Below the pieces are notes generated by a model. That model was not told where the DNA came from. It saw only the letters and a list, made by a program, of their open reading frames with translations, and did no database searches. Positions 31,364-42,789 of a stretch of DNA of 64,000 nt are shown in pieces. The first letter of the stretch is position 1; every line of letters starts with the position of its first letter. This DNA comes from Candidatus Babeliales bacterium (GTDB lineage Bacteria; Babelota; Babeliae; Babelales; Vermiphilaceae). A program made the position numbers and the translations under genes. The DNA lies in assembly GCA_963743635.1 (NCBI GenBank), contig CAVUQO010000003.1:416001-480000 (forward strand), written 5' to 3'.

Positions 31364-33275
31364 ATGTCATTGTTGTTGCGTATCATATTTTTTCTGCTTG
31401 TGTCTCTATGCGCGGCTGTTGCCGGCATCGGGGTGTTTTTTGCGCATAATAAATGCATCGATTTTTCTGCGCTTGCACACTATGATCCGGGGACGCCGAG
31501 CGTACTTTTGGATGATGAAGGTATTGAGTGGGCACGGTTTCAGTTAGACCGACGTGAGCCGATTGCATATGCCGCAATGCCTAACCATTTAATCAATGCA
31601 TTTATTGCGGCGGAAGATTGGAGCTTCTTTACTCATTCGGGCATTTCATGGCGCGGCATTTTTCGCTCTACGCTTGTGAATTTGTATCATGGCCGCATTG
31701 TGCAAGGTGCAAGCACTATTACGCAGCAATTAGTAAAGTTGCTTTTCTTGGATTCGAAAAAGACGTTCACGCGTAAAATCAAAGAGCAGTGCTCTGCCTT
31801 TTTAGTTGAGCAGCAATTTTCAAAACAACAAATTTTAGAAACTTATTTGAATCATGTTTATTTTGGGCATGGTATTTATGGGGTGGAAGCCGCGGCCCAG
31901 CGTTTCTGGGGTATTCATGCTGCAGATGTTTCGCTTGATCAAGCGGCAATACTAGCAGCGATTGTTCGTTCTCCGCGTACCTATTGCTCCTTTAGCGCAG
32001 CCACTTTCTGCACGACGCAGACGTAACGTTATTTTACATTCAATGTTAAAACTGAATGTGATTGCGCAGGATGAGTATGCGGCGGCTCGTGCGCGTGAGG
32101 TTTGCGTTATTGAAGCGCAAAACAAGCAGTGTGCGGTTCATTTAAAGGAAACGATTCGACAATGGTTGGAAGAGCAGTTTGGCAGAGAAGCGCTGTATAG
32201 CGGTGGCTTAGTAGTACAGACGACGCTCAATCGTGAGGTGCAGCAAAAGGCAGAAGTTTCTTTTCATGAAACGATTGCGGGTCTTAAGGAGACATTGTTG
32301 CCAGAAATTGATGGCGCGCTCATCACAATGGAAACGGAAACGGGCGCGATAAAAGCGATGATTGGTGGATTTGATTTTACTGCCTCGCAATGGAATCGTG
32401 CATTACAAGCAAAGCGGCAGGTTGGTTCTACCTTTAAGCCGCTCATTTATGCGGCGGCGGTTGCGCAAGGAAAACGGTTTGATGATCGAGAGATTGATGA
32501 GCCGTTTGAAATGGAATCGGGAAATAGTATCTGGAAGCCTAATAACTTTAATCACAAGTTTGCGGGCGAAGTAACTCTTGCCTATGCGTTATCTCATTCG
32601 AATAATATTGTAACGATCAAAACATTCTTAGATATTGGCAGCGATCCGGTGATTGAGCTTGCAAGGAAATGTCGTTTGCCTGGACCATTGCATCCTTATC
32701 CTTCGTTGGCGCTTGGTTGCATCGATCATACGCTTGACGTGGTGACCGGTATGTTTAACGTATTTGCGCATGATGGCGTGTACGTTGCTCCTCATTATAT
32801 GAAATGGGTCAAAGATAAATGGGGCAGTAAAGTCTGGCGCCATACGCCGGTGCAGGAGCGAGTAATGCCATCGGAAGTGGTGGGCCAAGTTGCGAAAGTA
32901 TTGGAACATGGATTGCAGCGGGTGCGTGCCATCTATGCACATAAATGGTTTGCGGGTGATGCGATTAGTAAAACGGGTACCACTAATGATTCGCGCACGT
33001 GTTGGTTCATCGGCTCAACGCCGCGGCTCACGACGGGCATCTATGTTGGATGTGATGGTAATCAATCGCTGGGACGGAACGTTTTTCCATTGCGAACAGC
33101 CTTTCCCATTTGGTTATCTCTGTATCATGCGCTACAACCAGCGCCCGAACGATTTACGTTTGATTCGAGCTTGAAAGAATATTATATTCATGAAAAGACT
33201 GGCTTGAGCGTAGCGAGCTTAAAAGAGCCTGGAGCGGTAGCCATTTTACGTAAAGATGAATCGTGTCATGCATAA
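31364..33275 (+). CDS. mrcA: Penicillin-binding protein 1A, one frameshift near 31988
   Basis: Transglycosylase AAEDWSF, QGASTITQQLVK, RKIKE, YLNHVYFG; transpeptidase GSTFKP, SNN, KTGTTND. Confidence 0.9.
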
Positions 33276-34410
33276 AAAAACTATATTCAGATCGCTTATC
33301 CAGCAAATTGTGGATTTCATTATTGGCATACGTCTTTCCTGCGGGCTGTTGACCGCATCATTACGTTCAATACATACTGTTTTCGCGCTCATTATTTTGG
33401 GCGTGATTTCATTCCTCTATTATATCGACGTCATTATTGGCACCTTGTGCGGCGGCGGCTCAGCCCTTTCATGGGGTATCATTAATCTGTTCAGGCGACG
33501 TGGTCTGAAAGTGAATATGGAAATTCCCGGCATGCAGTGGTTGTTTCATCTTCCTGAATCATTGATTCTTTTTTCACTCTTTGGACTGATTAGTCTCATC
33601 TTCATGCATATTTTAAAAAGTAACTTGAATGGCGAATCATGCGGCGTCGGGCGCGCTTTCTTTCGTGCGCTGCGATCGTGGCGCTTTATTATATTCTATG
33701 CATTGTGCACGGGTACCGTTGCCTGGTGTATTGGTGATATGTATCTTATAGTGCTGCGATGGGTATTTGCCAGAGTTGGTGAATCGGCATTATTAGTGAG
33801 TTGGATCTATTATCCGGTCTACGGTACGAAAGTTATTGAAAAGATAGCGACGACTCCCTACTGGTTGCCCGAAGCCGTGCGATTGGGAATTGGCGGCCTT
33901 TGGTATTTTGGTACCTTCTTATTATTTCCGGTTCTAGTGAGCAAGGAGGGCACCTTCTTTGAGTGTGTGTATCGTTCATTCCGGTTGGCGTTTTGCAATA
34001 TTGGCTTAGTCTTGAGTGCAGCGCTGACATATATTTTGATATATGCGAGCCTTTTGGGAGCAGCAATCTATCTTCAGATCGTTACCTTGCCTTCTTTTGA
34101 ACGGTTGAGTATGACTCTTGCGGCAACAGGAAGGCCTACTCCATTAGAGCTATTGGAAATAAGTATTAAGATGTCCGTGCTGTCGGCTGGGCCCTTGCTC
34201 CTTTGTGCGGTCCATAGCGCGTTCGTTATCAGCGGGTCTTTAATCACCGCCTTCATGATCTATCGAATTTGCACTGAGACCTTGGTTTCTTACCGCAACC
34301 AGTTTTTTGTCGAGCGCCCCTATCGATCGTTCTTTATGTATATCCTGTTTTTTAGCTTGTACTGGATCGTAGTACGGTGCGGGATTTACTTGCTTATGCC
34401 GACCATTTAG
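33256..34410 (+). CDS. Polytopic membrane protein of unknown function
   Basis: Many hydrophobic segments; overlaps the PBP1A stop. Confidence 0.7.
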   Translation: MNRVMHKKTIFRSLIQQIVDFIIGIRLSCGLLTASLRSIHTVFALIILGVISFLYYIDVIIGTLCGGGSALSWGIINLFRRRGLKVNMEIPGMQWLFHLPESLILFSLFGLISLIFMHILKSNLNGESCGVGRAFFRALRSWRFIIFYALCTGTVAWCIGDMYLIVLRWVFARVGESALLVSWIYYPVYGTKVIEKIATTPYWLPEAVRLGIGGLWYFGTFLLFPVLVSKEGTFFECVYRSFRLAFCNIGLVLSAALTYILIYASLLGAAIYLQIVTLPSFERLSMTLAATGRPTPLELLEISIKMSVLSAGPLLLCAVHSAFVISGSLITAFMIYRICTETLVSYRNQFFVERPYRSFFMYILFFSLYWIVVRCGIYLLMPTI

Positions 34411-34504
34411 GAAAAAATATATCTAAACTATTGCTTTTTGGGGGCCGGTCTTGGTAAAACAAGTACTGTATGTTATTTAAATCGTTTCAAAGGAAGGGTA
34501 AACG

Positions 34505-34729
34505 ATGAAGAAATTATTATCATTAGTAATGCTTGTGGCATTAGTTACATCAGTAAGAGCAGATGAAGCAGACGATCGTTGCAACTGCGGTAAACCACCA
34601 AGACCATCAAGAGAAGAAGTAAAACAAGTTGAAGCGCCAGCAGCAGATGAACGCGGCGGTTGTTGCCAAAAGCCATGCGAAAAACCGTGTGGTACACCAT
34701 GTGGCCAAAAGCCATGTTGTGGCAAGTAA
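34505..34729 (+). CDS. Small cysteine-rich secreted protein
   Basis: Signal peptide, CNCGKP and CCQKPCEKPCGTPCGQKPCCGK; RBS upstream and terminator downstream. Confidence 0.8.
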   Translation: MKKLLSLVMLVALVTSVRADEADDRCNCGKPPRPSREEVKQVEAPAADERGGCCQKPCEKPCGTPCGQKPCCGK

Positions 34730-34757
34730 TCTAAAATAGATTTTTAGATCTCCACAG

Positions 34758-34783
34758 AGCCCGGGATTTCGATCTCGGGCTTT
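34758..34783 (+). terminator. Rho-independent terminator
   Basis: AGCCCGGGA-TTTCGA-TCTCGGGCT then TTT. Confidence 0.65.
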
Positions 34784-34856
34784 GTCTATTTTAATGCCTA
34801 GATAAATGCTCATTTGAGCCTCTGAATAGTGGCGAAGTAAAATAACCCGATAAATG

Positions 34857-34885
34857 TTGAGTGCTCACTCTTTTCTTGATATAGT
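34857..34885 (+). promoter_or_regulatory. Sigma70-like promoter of arsM with an overlapping short palindrome
   Basis: TTGAGT-17 nt-TATAGT with a TG extension; GAGTG-CT-CACTC overlaps the -35. Confidence 0.45.
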
Positions 34886-34929
34886 CTGGAACTTATTAAC
34901 ATTTTTCTTTTCAACATAAAGGAAGTTCC

Positions 34930-35784
34930 ATGAAAAGATCATTATCAATACTCTCATGTATGAGTGTTTATGCCAGCATGTATGCATGTTGTCCAGGCGG
35001 CAGTTGCACACCTCCGACTGAAAGCGTCTCAGTGGCAAAAACAACCAAAGAAGTTATTCAGCAAGCATATGGTACCGTTGCTGAAAATGGCGGTGTATGC
35101 AGTTTATTTGGCGGCGGTTGCTGTGGTGGCGGTGAAGAAATTTCAAAAATGATTGGCTATTCAAAAGAAGAGCTTGATGCGCTAGCAGGAGCGAATCTTG
35201 GACTTGGATGCGGTAATCCCATTTCGTTGGGCGATATGCCTGCAGGCGCCGTGATTCTCGATCTTGGTTCTGGTGCTGGGCTTGATTGTTTGCTCGCAGC
35301 AAAGCGAGTTGGTCCAACAGGTAAAGTCATCGGCGTTGATATGACGGATGCGATGCTCAATAAAGCACGAGAAAATGCTAAACAGTATGGCTTTAAAAAC
35401 GTTGAATTCCGTAAGGGAGACATCGAAGCATTGCCAGTGGATAGTAACTCGATTGATATTGTAATCAGCAATTGCGTAATTAATCTTGCACCAGATAAAT
35501 TGAAAGTGTTCAAAGAAGCGCATCGAGTCCTTAATACGGGCGGCAAGATGTATGTTTCTGATATTGTATTGCTCGCTGATCTTACTCCCGCACAGCAAAA
35601 AGATGAAAAACTTCTTTGTGCATGTGTCGCCGGGGCATTATTAAGATCTGATTATATCGCTCAGCTTGAACAAGCCGGATTTGAAGTCAATGTTGTTGGC
35701 GAAGATTTTGGCATTGGTAAAACGTGGTTTAATGATGCCTCATTACCTATTTCAAGCTTGAAGTTTATTGCTACGAAAAAGTAG
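34930..35784 (+). CDS. arsM: Arsenite S-adenosylmethionine methyltransferase
   Basis: ANLGLGCGNP, LDLGSGAGLD, ISNCVINLAPDK, CVAGAL. Confidence 0.9.
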   Translation: MKRSLSILSCMSVYASMYACCPGGSCTPPTESVSVAKTTKEVIQQAYGTVAENGGVCSLFGGGCCGGGEEISKMIGYSKEELDALAGANLGLGCGNPISLGDMPAGAVILDLGSGAGLDCLLAAKRVGPTGKVIGVDMTDAMLNKARENAKQYGFKNVEFRKGDIEALPVDSNSIDIVISNCVINLAPDKLKVFKEAHRVLNTGGKMYVSDIVLLADLTPAQQKDEKLLCACVAGALLRSDYIAQLEQAGFEVNVVGEDFGIGKTWFNDASLPISSLKFIATKK

Positions 35785-35816
35785 TAGCTAGATATTGCAA
35801 ATCATCTTACTCCGCT

Positions 35817-35874
35817 TCCTTCCGTCTTCGCTCCTTTCCGAGCGTAGCTCCGAAAGGAGCGAAGACGGAAGGAT
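35817..35874. repeat. Long palindrome (family-2-like REP), possibly also a terminator
   Basis: TCCTTCCGTCTTCGCTCCTTTC...GAAAGGAGCGAAGACGGAAGGA. Confidence 0.75.
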
Positions 35875-36020
35875 ACAGCGCCGTTTTACTTTAATGCATA
35901 TGCATTAGTAAGTAAGGCAGTAACGCGTTTTTTGCCACATCTTATTTTTTTGTAGGGAATATTATTCTTTTTATATAGAGTGGGATACGGTTTAAAAATA
36001 TTTCATATAAAGGGTGTCAG

Positions 36021-36839
36021 ATGAAATACATACCGTACGGACTATTTGCTTACACATTATTGAGTGCGCTCTCTCTGCATGCAATGGACGATCAATGCAT
36101 GAAGTGGGCTTCAAGGATCAACATAATAGCAGATCGGATGCCAAAATTGGCTGAGGATGTTTTAGGAATGATAACCAACGATGCGTTTACGGTAACAGGA
36201 GATTTGAAAACGCTGGGTAATGATCTCAAATGCATTTCATCTGAAATGCTGAACAAGTATAAAATTCCAGTCATTGAGCAAGACATACTTAAAAAAACAA
36301 CAGACTTATTTGAGTACGAAATCAAATGGTTGCGTCCAGAAAGTCCCGATCTAGCAGGCAAAGATCGTGTTTACATAAAAGATCTTCTTCAAAAGCTGTT
36401 TCGAAATAATAATCATCAAAATTGGCGGAGCATGGCCGAAAAAGACGTGCCCTATATCCCCAATCTTATTGATGCTATGCTTGCCAATAGAAAACTCAAT
36501 GAGAGGGCCACAATAACCTTAGACAGAGCTAAACGCGTATCGGAATTTCATCCACACGATCTTGATTTAAAGATCATAGCCGTGTGTCTTAAAACTCATT
36601 TAGAAGGCGTACCTGATCTTCTTGCTCAGCAAATCACCAATACTATCCAGCATCAACGAGGGCCTCGTTATTATGCCGTTCAGGCAGCGCACCAGTGGGC
36701 GAATGACACGCAAGGAGATGGTGGTGCAGGCGATGATGATGCCGATGAGGATGATGATCAAGATGGTCATAGGCATCATTGTGAATCGCCTCGTCCATTC
36801 AAAAAAATGCGAAAAGCTAAAAGCAATGATGATCAGTAA
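36021..36839 (+). CDS. Secreted hypothetical protein with acidic tail and NLS-like motif
   Basis: LHA|MD signal peptide; DDDADEDDD then PRPFKKMRKAK. Confidence 0.75.
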   Translation: MKYIPYGLFAYTLLSALSLHAMDDQCMKWASRINIIADRMPKLAEDVLGMITNDAFTVTGDLKTLGNDLKCISSEMLNKYKIPVIEQDILKKTTDLFEYEIKWLRPESPDLAGKDRVYIKDLLQKLFRNNNHQNWRSMAEKDVPYIPNLIDAMLANRKLNERATITLDRAKRVSEFHPHDLDLKIIAVCLKTHLEGVPDLLAQQITNTIQHQRGPRYYAVQAAHQWANDTQGDGGAGDDDADEDDDQDGHRHHCESPRPFKKMRKAKSNDDQ

Positions 36840-36884
36840 TCATAGTGAACTATAGTCTGAAATGGCGTCTTAAAGGCGCCATTT

Positions 36885-37901
36885 TTACTTTACAGCCAGT
36901 TGGATAGCCCGTAATAATCGCGAATCATCCTTGAGCTCGTCTTGCTCAATAACCTGCACCAGTTCCGGATGTCGTTCGTGCATGGCCTGTGCATTCGCTC
37001 GTTGATGGTGGGTGGTGCTGGTGATAAGAGGAATCACGATACATTGTTTTTTTAGATACATCATTTCATGTAAACTACCTGATCCTGCGCGGGTGATAAT
37101 GCAATCAGCAGCAACATAATAGCGTACTAATTGAGGATCGTAGGCAAATGCATGCGCTTTAATGCCGTGCTGCGCATAGAGCCCATTCCAATCGGTGGCG
37201 TCCGAAGATCCAGTTTGATGAATAAATTGCAGGGAACGTGCTGCATCAGGATGTGCCATAATGAGTGTTTGTATTGCACGATTTAATGATACTGATCCTT
37301 GTGATCCGCCCACAATGAGTACCATTTTTTTGTCCGGGTCAAAACCAAGTTCTCGAGAATTCTTCACGTGTATCGCGTAATGAGCGAATTATAGTGCTCA
37401 GTGGATATGGGCGTAGCATGCATTGCTTGCGTGGAAAGTATTGGCTTGTTTGAGTAAAGCAGATTGAGATATTCGTTGCAAGTGGCGGAGAGCGAGGAGC
37501 GTTTTTCCGGGCTCAACATCAAGCGCAATGAGTTCTATGGGAATACGTAAGACCCATGCGGCTGCGCATACTGGAAATGCAAGATGGCTGCCCGTTGTAA
37601 TGACATGATCTGGTTTGGCTCGTAAGAATAAGCCGTATGCTTTTAAAGAAAGTGGCAATAATTGATATACAAAGTGCGGAAGTTTGTACCACATGCGATA
37701 GGGCACAGGATTAGATCGAAAGCATGTGTTCAATGCCGTGAGCATCCTGCATAATTTTGATATCAAGTTCGGCTATCAGTCGTGATAAATATGATGCGTG
37801 CATTGAGGATCTTGATGTTGATAATCGTGTGCAAGGTTGAGGGCCGGTAAAATATGCCCGCCCGACGCACCTGCTACAAAACAGTAGGTTTTTGATTTCA
37901 T
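36885..37901 (-). CDS. murG: MurG glycosyltransferase with multiple frameshifts
   Basis: VAGASGGHILPAL at the 5' end, GGSQGS, HQTG, ITRAGSGSL, HQRANA. Confidence 0.85.
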
Positions 37902-37904
37902 AAG

Positions 37905-39491
37905 TTATGAGGTTTTTGGAAGTTGGGTTTTAATATATTCGTCAGCAATATCATATGAGTGATGATCAATGAGCCTGGATTGGAAGCGCATAATGCGTGC
38001 TTCTAAGCGTATTCAACGCATCATCATACGCGCCGGTCAGTTGAAATAAACGTGCTTGCGTAATGCGATAGTATGGATTTGCAGGATCATTGTTTCAGTA
38101 CGACATCGAGTAATTCTTGAGCACGGGTTACATTTTCTTCATACGTCAAATAATGATATGCGAGTAAATGTAATGCGGGCATAAAATCAGGAGATTTTTT
38201 CATGATGATTGCGAGGAGGGATTTCATGCGATCATAGTTTTCTACTTGCTCATATAGGCAGGCAAGATTATACATAATGTGTGTTTCAAGATTGGTATCA
38301 TCAATAGATTCAAGGGCTCGTTGATAGTGAAATATGGTTTCGAGAGGCGCATCCCCTTTTTTTCATACAATTCTGCGATATGTAGATGCACCAGTGGAGA
38401 GTCTGGATGCATGAATGACGTCATACAGGAGTGTAAGTGCTTTTCGTAAAGAAAGACCATTCAAGCAGAGAGCATGCAGTTGTGTGTATGCTATTTCATC
38501 ATGGGGATCTTTATACAAGCATGTAGTAAAGTCTGTATTGCTTGGCGATGTTTTCCCATCACGCCAAGCATATTTATTTTGATGATCGTTGCATCTTTAT
38601 TATCAGGTTTTTTTTCAAGACATTTATTAATTGATTGCATACCTTTGCGATATTCTTTTTGTTGAAAGAGCGAGAGGCCTTCAAGAAAACATTTATTATC
38701 AACAGCCATTGCATTTTGTTTTGCTTTCGAGCATGTGCCGTTTCATGAGTAATTCAAGCAGATGTTTTTCCAGTTGTGGATTCTGGTGCCGGAAAGCTCT
38801 AGAAAATTGGTATATCCTTTAATGGCATCATCTAATTTTCCTGCATTTTCTTCAAGCATGCCAAAAAGGAGCCATCCTTTATCAAAATGAGGATACAATT
38901 CTAAACTTTTCCCGACGCTTGTCGCGTGCATTAGTGGGATCATTTAATTCAGTAAAAAGTTGTGCTTTCATGAAATGAAAAATGAAATTATTTGGTTTGC
39001 GTGATGAATTATTGAGCATGTCATCAATGAGTTTGAATTGCATTTTCTCGCTCTTGATTGCGTCGATAACTATTGACTGCTTGATATATAATTTCTTGAT
39101 GTGTTTTAAATTGACGGCTCAGTTTAATGTAAAGCTGATCGGCTTCCTTTTGTTTGCCAGAATATTCGAGTGCTTGCCCAAAAAGTAATTGAATATCAGG
39201 ATCATTGGCAAAGTGTTCTTGCAGTTGCGGAATGAGTGCAACAATTTGTTGATAATCTTTGAGTGCAGCAAGCAGCGGGAGATATCCTTTATAAACGTGG
39301 ATGGGATGCGTCGACTGAAAGAAGTAATCGTTGATATCCTTTTTGTGCTTTTTGAAGATCGCAAGTTTTCCATTTGATTGTTCATAATTAGCAAGAAAAA
39401 AATTATGGAAAATATCCGTTTCATTCTTGCGTGCATGCGATTGATGATCATGATTGATATAACAAAAACAATATATATTGAGCTTTTTCAT
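37905..39491 (-). CDS. TPR-repeat protein, heavily frameshifted
   Basis: TPR-like fragments LLFGQALEYSGKQKEA, WLLFGMLEENAGKLDDAIKGY, YNLACLYEQ in different frames. Confidence 0.65.
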
Positions 39492-39925
39492 TCTTGCTCC
39501 TGATAACAACGGATTAAAAAGTCTTCTAATGCTTGCTGCAATTGTGGATCTTTAATATGCGTTAATGCACTTTTTTCTTTAGGTGTTAGTGCGACGCTTG
39601 ATGCGTATGCGTGGTTTTGGTTTTGTATAGGTTTGATTTTTTTACGGGTCGTATTCCTATTTTTTTAAAGCGTAACTGTTTAATGCGTGGTCTGATCTAG
39701 TTTTTCATTAATAACCGTAATATAACATTTGAAAGCATGTATAATTCTTGCAACCAACAGGAATCGGTAACGCCGAGCACGAGCGTGTCATCAGCAATTT
39801 TTTCAAGATAGACTTTGGTATTGAGATTTCCTATGATGCTATCCCAATTGCGCAGGAGATCGATCTTCCAATTGTCTTGGCTGATCAAAGACGGCATGAA
39901 TGAGTTGTTTAATGGGCTGTGCCAT
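39488..39925 (-). CDS. DUF721/DciA-family protein, frameshifted
   Basis: NWDSIIG...LVLGVTDSCWLQELYML. Confidence 0.65.
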
Positions 39926-40045
39926 GCAGATACTCTACGTAATTATGAATTGTTGGATACGTTTGATCTTATTATACAATACATGCATGTATAATACATC
40001 AATATCTATATGCATGAACGTTAAATATTAAGTAGGAAAAAAATA

Positions 40046-40487
40046 ATGAGAGATTTTGAACTCATAGATCATACGGCAGATTTAGAAATTCGTGTGTATG
40101 GTGCAACGCTTGAAGCTATTATTTCATAATGCGCTATGCGGGATGTTTCAGGCAATTAAGCCAGAAATTCCCGGATGCAGTATTAAAAATGATCGAGTGT
40201 TATGCAAAGAATTATCTCGCCATCATAAACTGCATATTGAATCTCCTGATCGTGATGCATTGCTCGTTGATTTTTTATCGCAAGCGCTTTACTTATCTGA
40301 TGTGCATAATGAAGCATATCTTGATGTTACCATTCATGCATTGAGTGATACGATGATCGATGCGACAATCCATGGCGCGCCAATTACCGGATTTGCAGAT
40401 GTCGAGATTAAGGCAGTTACGTATCATGATATGAAGATTGAAAAAGTGGATGACATATGGCAGGTCGATATAGTGTTTGATATTTAA
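40046..40487 (+). CDS. Archease, one frameshift near 40118
   Basis: FELIDHTADLEIRVYG and EIKAVTYH...IVFDI. Confidence 0.92.
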
Positions 40488-40572
40488 CCATTCGACTTAA
40501 GAAGTTATATTTTAACGCCAACTTGATCTAAGGAGTTCATGTTAAGTGATGTTTTCATTATAGAAATAAATA

Positions 40573-40773
40573 AAAATCCCCTCCCCCGTTCGTCCCGAGT
40601 GTTGGTAATTTCCGAAGGAAATGACCAATGTGCGAGGGATTGTGGATAAAAATAATATTCCTTATAAATTTTGATGAAAATATGAATTATCTGATTTGAA
40701 ATCCCTCGCACATTTCTATCCTGCGCTTCTCGCAGGAATAGAAACACTCGGGACGAACGGGAGGAGGGATTTT
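40573..40773. repeat. REPIN-like inverted pair (family 1) between archease and rtcB
   Basis: CCCGTTCGTCCCGAGTGTT...AATGTGCGAGGGATT and its inverse AATCCCTCGCACATT...AACACTCGGGACGAACGGG. Confidence 0.88.
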
Positions 40774-40844
40774 ACGATTTTTATGATGTAGGCGCCATTA
40801 ATAGGGTTTGTTTAGATCGAGTTCGCACTATTTAAGGATATGCA

Positions 40845-42293
40845 GTGATACGAAAAGAAGATTTAATTAAAATTAACGAATATACCTACGAAATTTCAGA
40901 TGCATTTCGCTCTGATATGCGCGTTCCTGCGCGTATTTTTACGCATGAAACCATGCTGCAATCAATTACGCAGGATCGATCATTGAGCAGTTAGTCAACG
41001 TGGCGACGTTTCCAGGTATTCAAAAATATGCATTTGCAATGCCCGATATTCATCAAGGATATGGATTTCCGATTGGTGGCGTTGCCGCAATGTCAATTGC
41101 TGATGGGGGCGTGATATCGCCCGGCGGCATTGGATACGATATTAATTGTGGCGTGCGTATGTTGACCGTTGATATTTCGTATGACGAGATCAAGCCATAT
41201 TTAGAAGAATTAGCGAGAGCACTATTTGATGAGTTCCTTCGGGTGTTGGGCGTGGCGGATTAATGAATTTAGATACGCATGAACTTGATAAAGTGCTGCA
41301 GTATGGTGCGAATCGTATGGTAGAGCAGGGATATGGCAATGACCGAAGATTTGCTTTTTTGTGAAGAGCATGGACGTATGCATGACGCGAATCCAGAGCT
41401 GATAACGAAAGAAGCAAAAAAACGCGGTAAAGATCAGTTAGGGACACTTAGGATCAGGCAATCATTTTCTTGAAGTGCAACGTATTACTGAGATTTATGA
41501 TGAACGATAGCAAAGGTGTATGGCATAAAAAAAGATATGATAACGGTGATGATTCATTGCGGTTCGCGCGGATTGGGTCATCAAACATGCACCGATTATG
41601 TGCGGCTGCATGATGAAGGCATTGCCGCAATGGAATATTCAGTTGCCTGATCGTGAATTAGTTTGTGCGCCATTTCATGCAGATATTGCGCAAGAATATT
41701 ATGTGCTATGGCAGCAGCGGCAAATTTTGCATGGGCAAATCGCCATACCATTGGCCATTGGCGTCGTAAAACATTTAAGAAATTATTGGGCGAAAGGTAA
41801 CGATGTAAAAACACTTTATGATGTTTCTCATAATATTGGCAAACGTGAAAAGCATATGATTTATGGCAAAGAAGTTGACGTGATCATGCATCGCAAGGGT
41901 GCAACGCGCGCATTCGGCCCCGGCACGATTGAAACGCCAGAGCCATATCGTTCTATTGGACAACCCGTGCTTATTCCTGGTACAATGGGCACCGCTTCAT
42001 TCATATTATCGGGAACATCTGAGAGTATGAACGTTGCATTTGGCAGCTCTTGCCACGGCGCAGGGCGTAGTATGTCCCGCGCTGCAGCACAAAAAAAGGT
42101 GAGTGGTAATCAGTTACGTAAAGAGCTTGAATCGCGTGGTATTATTATTCGCTGTGATTCAAATAAAGGTCTCGCAGAAGAGGCTCCATTTGCGTATAAA
42201 GATGTACAAAATGTAGTTGACGTCGTACAGGGCGCCGGGCTTGCGCATAAAGTTGCACGCATGGAGCCGATGGCGGTGGTTAAAGGTGGCTAA
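40845..42293 (+). CDS. rtcB: RtcB RNA ligase (archease-associated type) with multiple frameshifts
   Basis: [73 protein letters not shown]. Confidence 0.93.
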
Positions 42294-42303
42294 CTCAGAA
42301 AGA

Positions 42304-42345
42304 ATCCTTCGTGACGGCCGTACCGGCACTCCTCAGGATGAAAGG
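42304..42345. repeat. Single REP-like palindrome (family 1)
   Basis: Minus strand TCATCCTGAGGAGTGCCGGTACGGCCGTCACGAAGGAT. Confidence 0.65.
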
Positions 42346-42386
42346 AAATAATTGTGAATAAAAAAATAACGAGCAAAGGAACAATC

Positions 42387-42779
42387 ATGAACTATAAAAC
42401 AATGTTGCTGTGCGCGGTAATTGGTGCATCGATGCAGAATGCATGGGGTATGGATGAACTACAAAAAAGAGCGGAAGAAGTACGAAAAAAAATAATTGAT
42501 TTGCGGACGAAGATCGTGAATGAGGAAATCACACAAAGAACGAGCGGGATGCTTAAGTTGGAAGGCTTGGTCAGACAGAACAGCACAATTATTTGTAATG
42601 AACCAGAATTCGCAACGATAAGGCCTAAGCTGGCCGCATTTCACAAGACTCTCAAAGAGTCTGATAGTGCGGATATAAATTATGAAATGGCTTCAACGGC
42701 AACAGCATTGGCAAACGAGTTTGAAGCTGCGTTGAAAGAATATCAAGAGAACAGGAACGTAACGAATAATAATAACTAA
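42387..42779 (+). CDS. Array gene 1: shared-leader secreted helical protein
   Basis: MNYKTMLLCAVIGASMQNAWG|MD. Confidence 0.85.
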   Translation: MNYKTMLLCAVIGASMQNAWGMDELQKRAEEVRKKIIDLRTKIVNEEITQRTSGMLKLEGLVRQNSTIICNEPEFATIRPKLAAFHKTLKESDSADINYEMASTATALANEFEAALKEYQENRNVTNNNN

Positions 42780-42789
42780 TGGGAGTACC

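Noticed and set aside
34841..34867. CIRCE element upstream of arsM
   Set aside because: Only the right half resembles GAGTGCTAA; the left arm is absent
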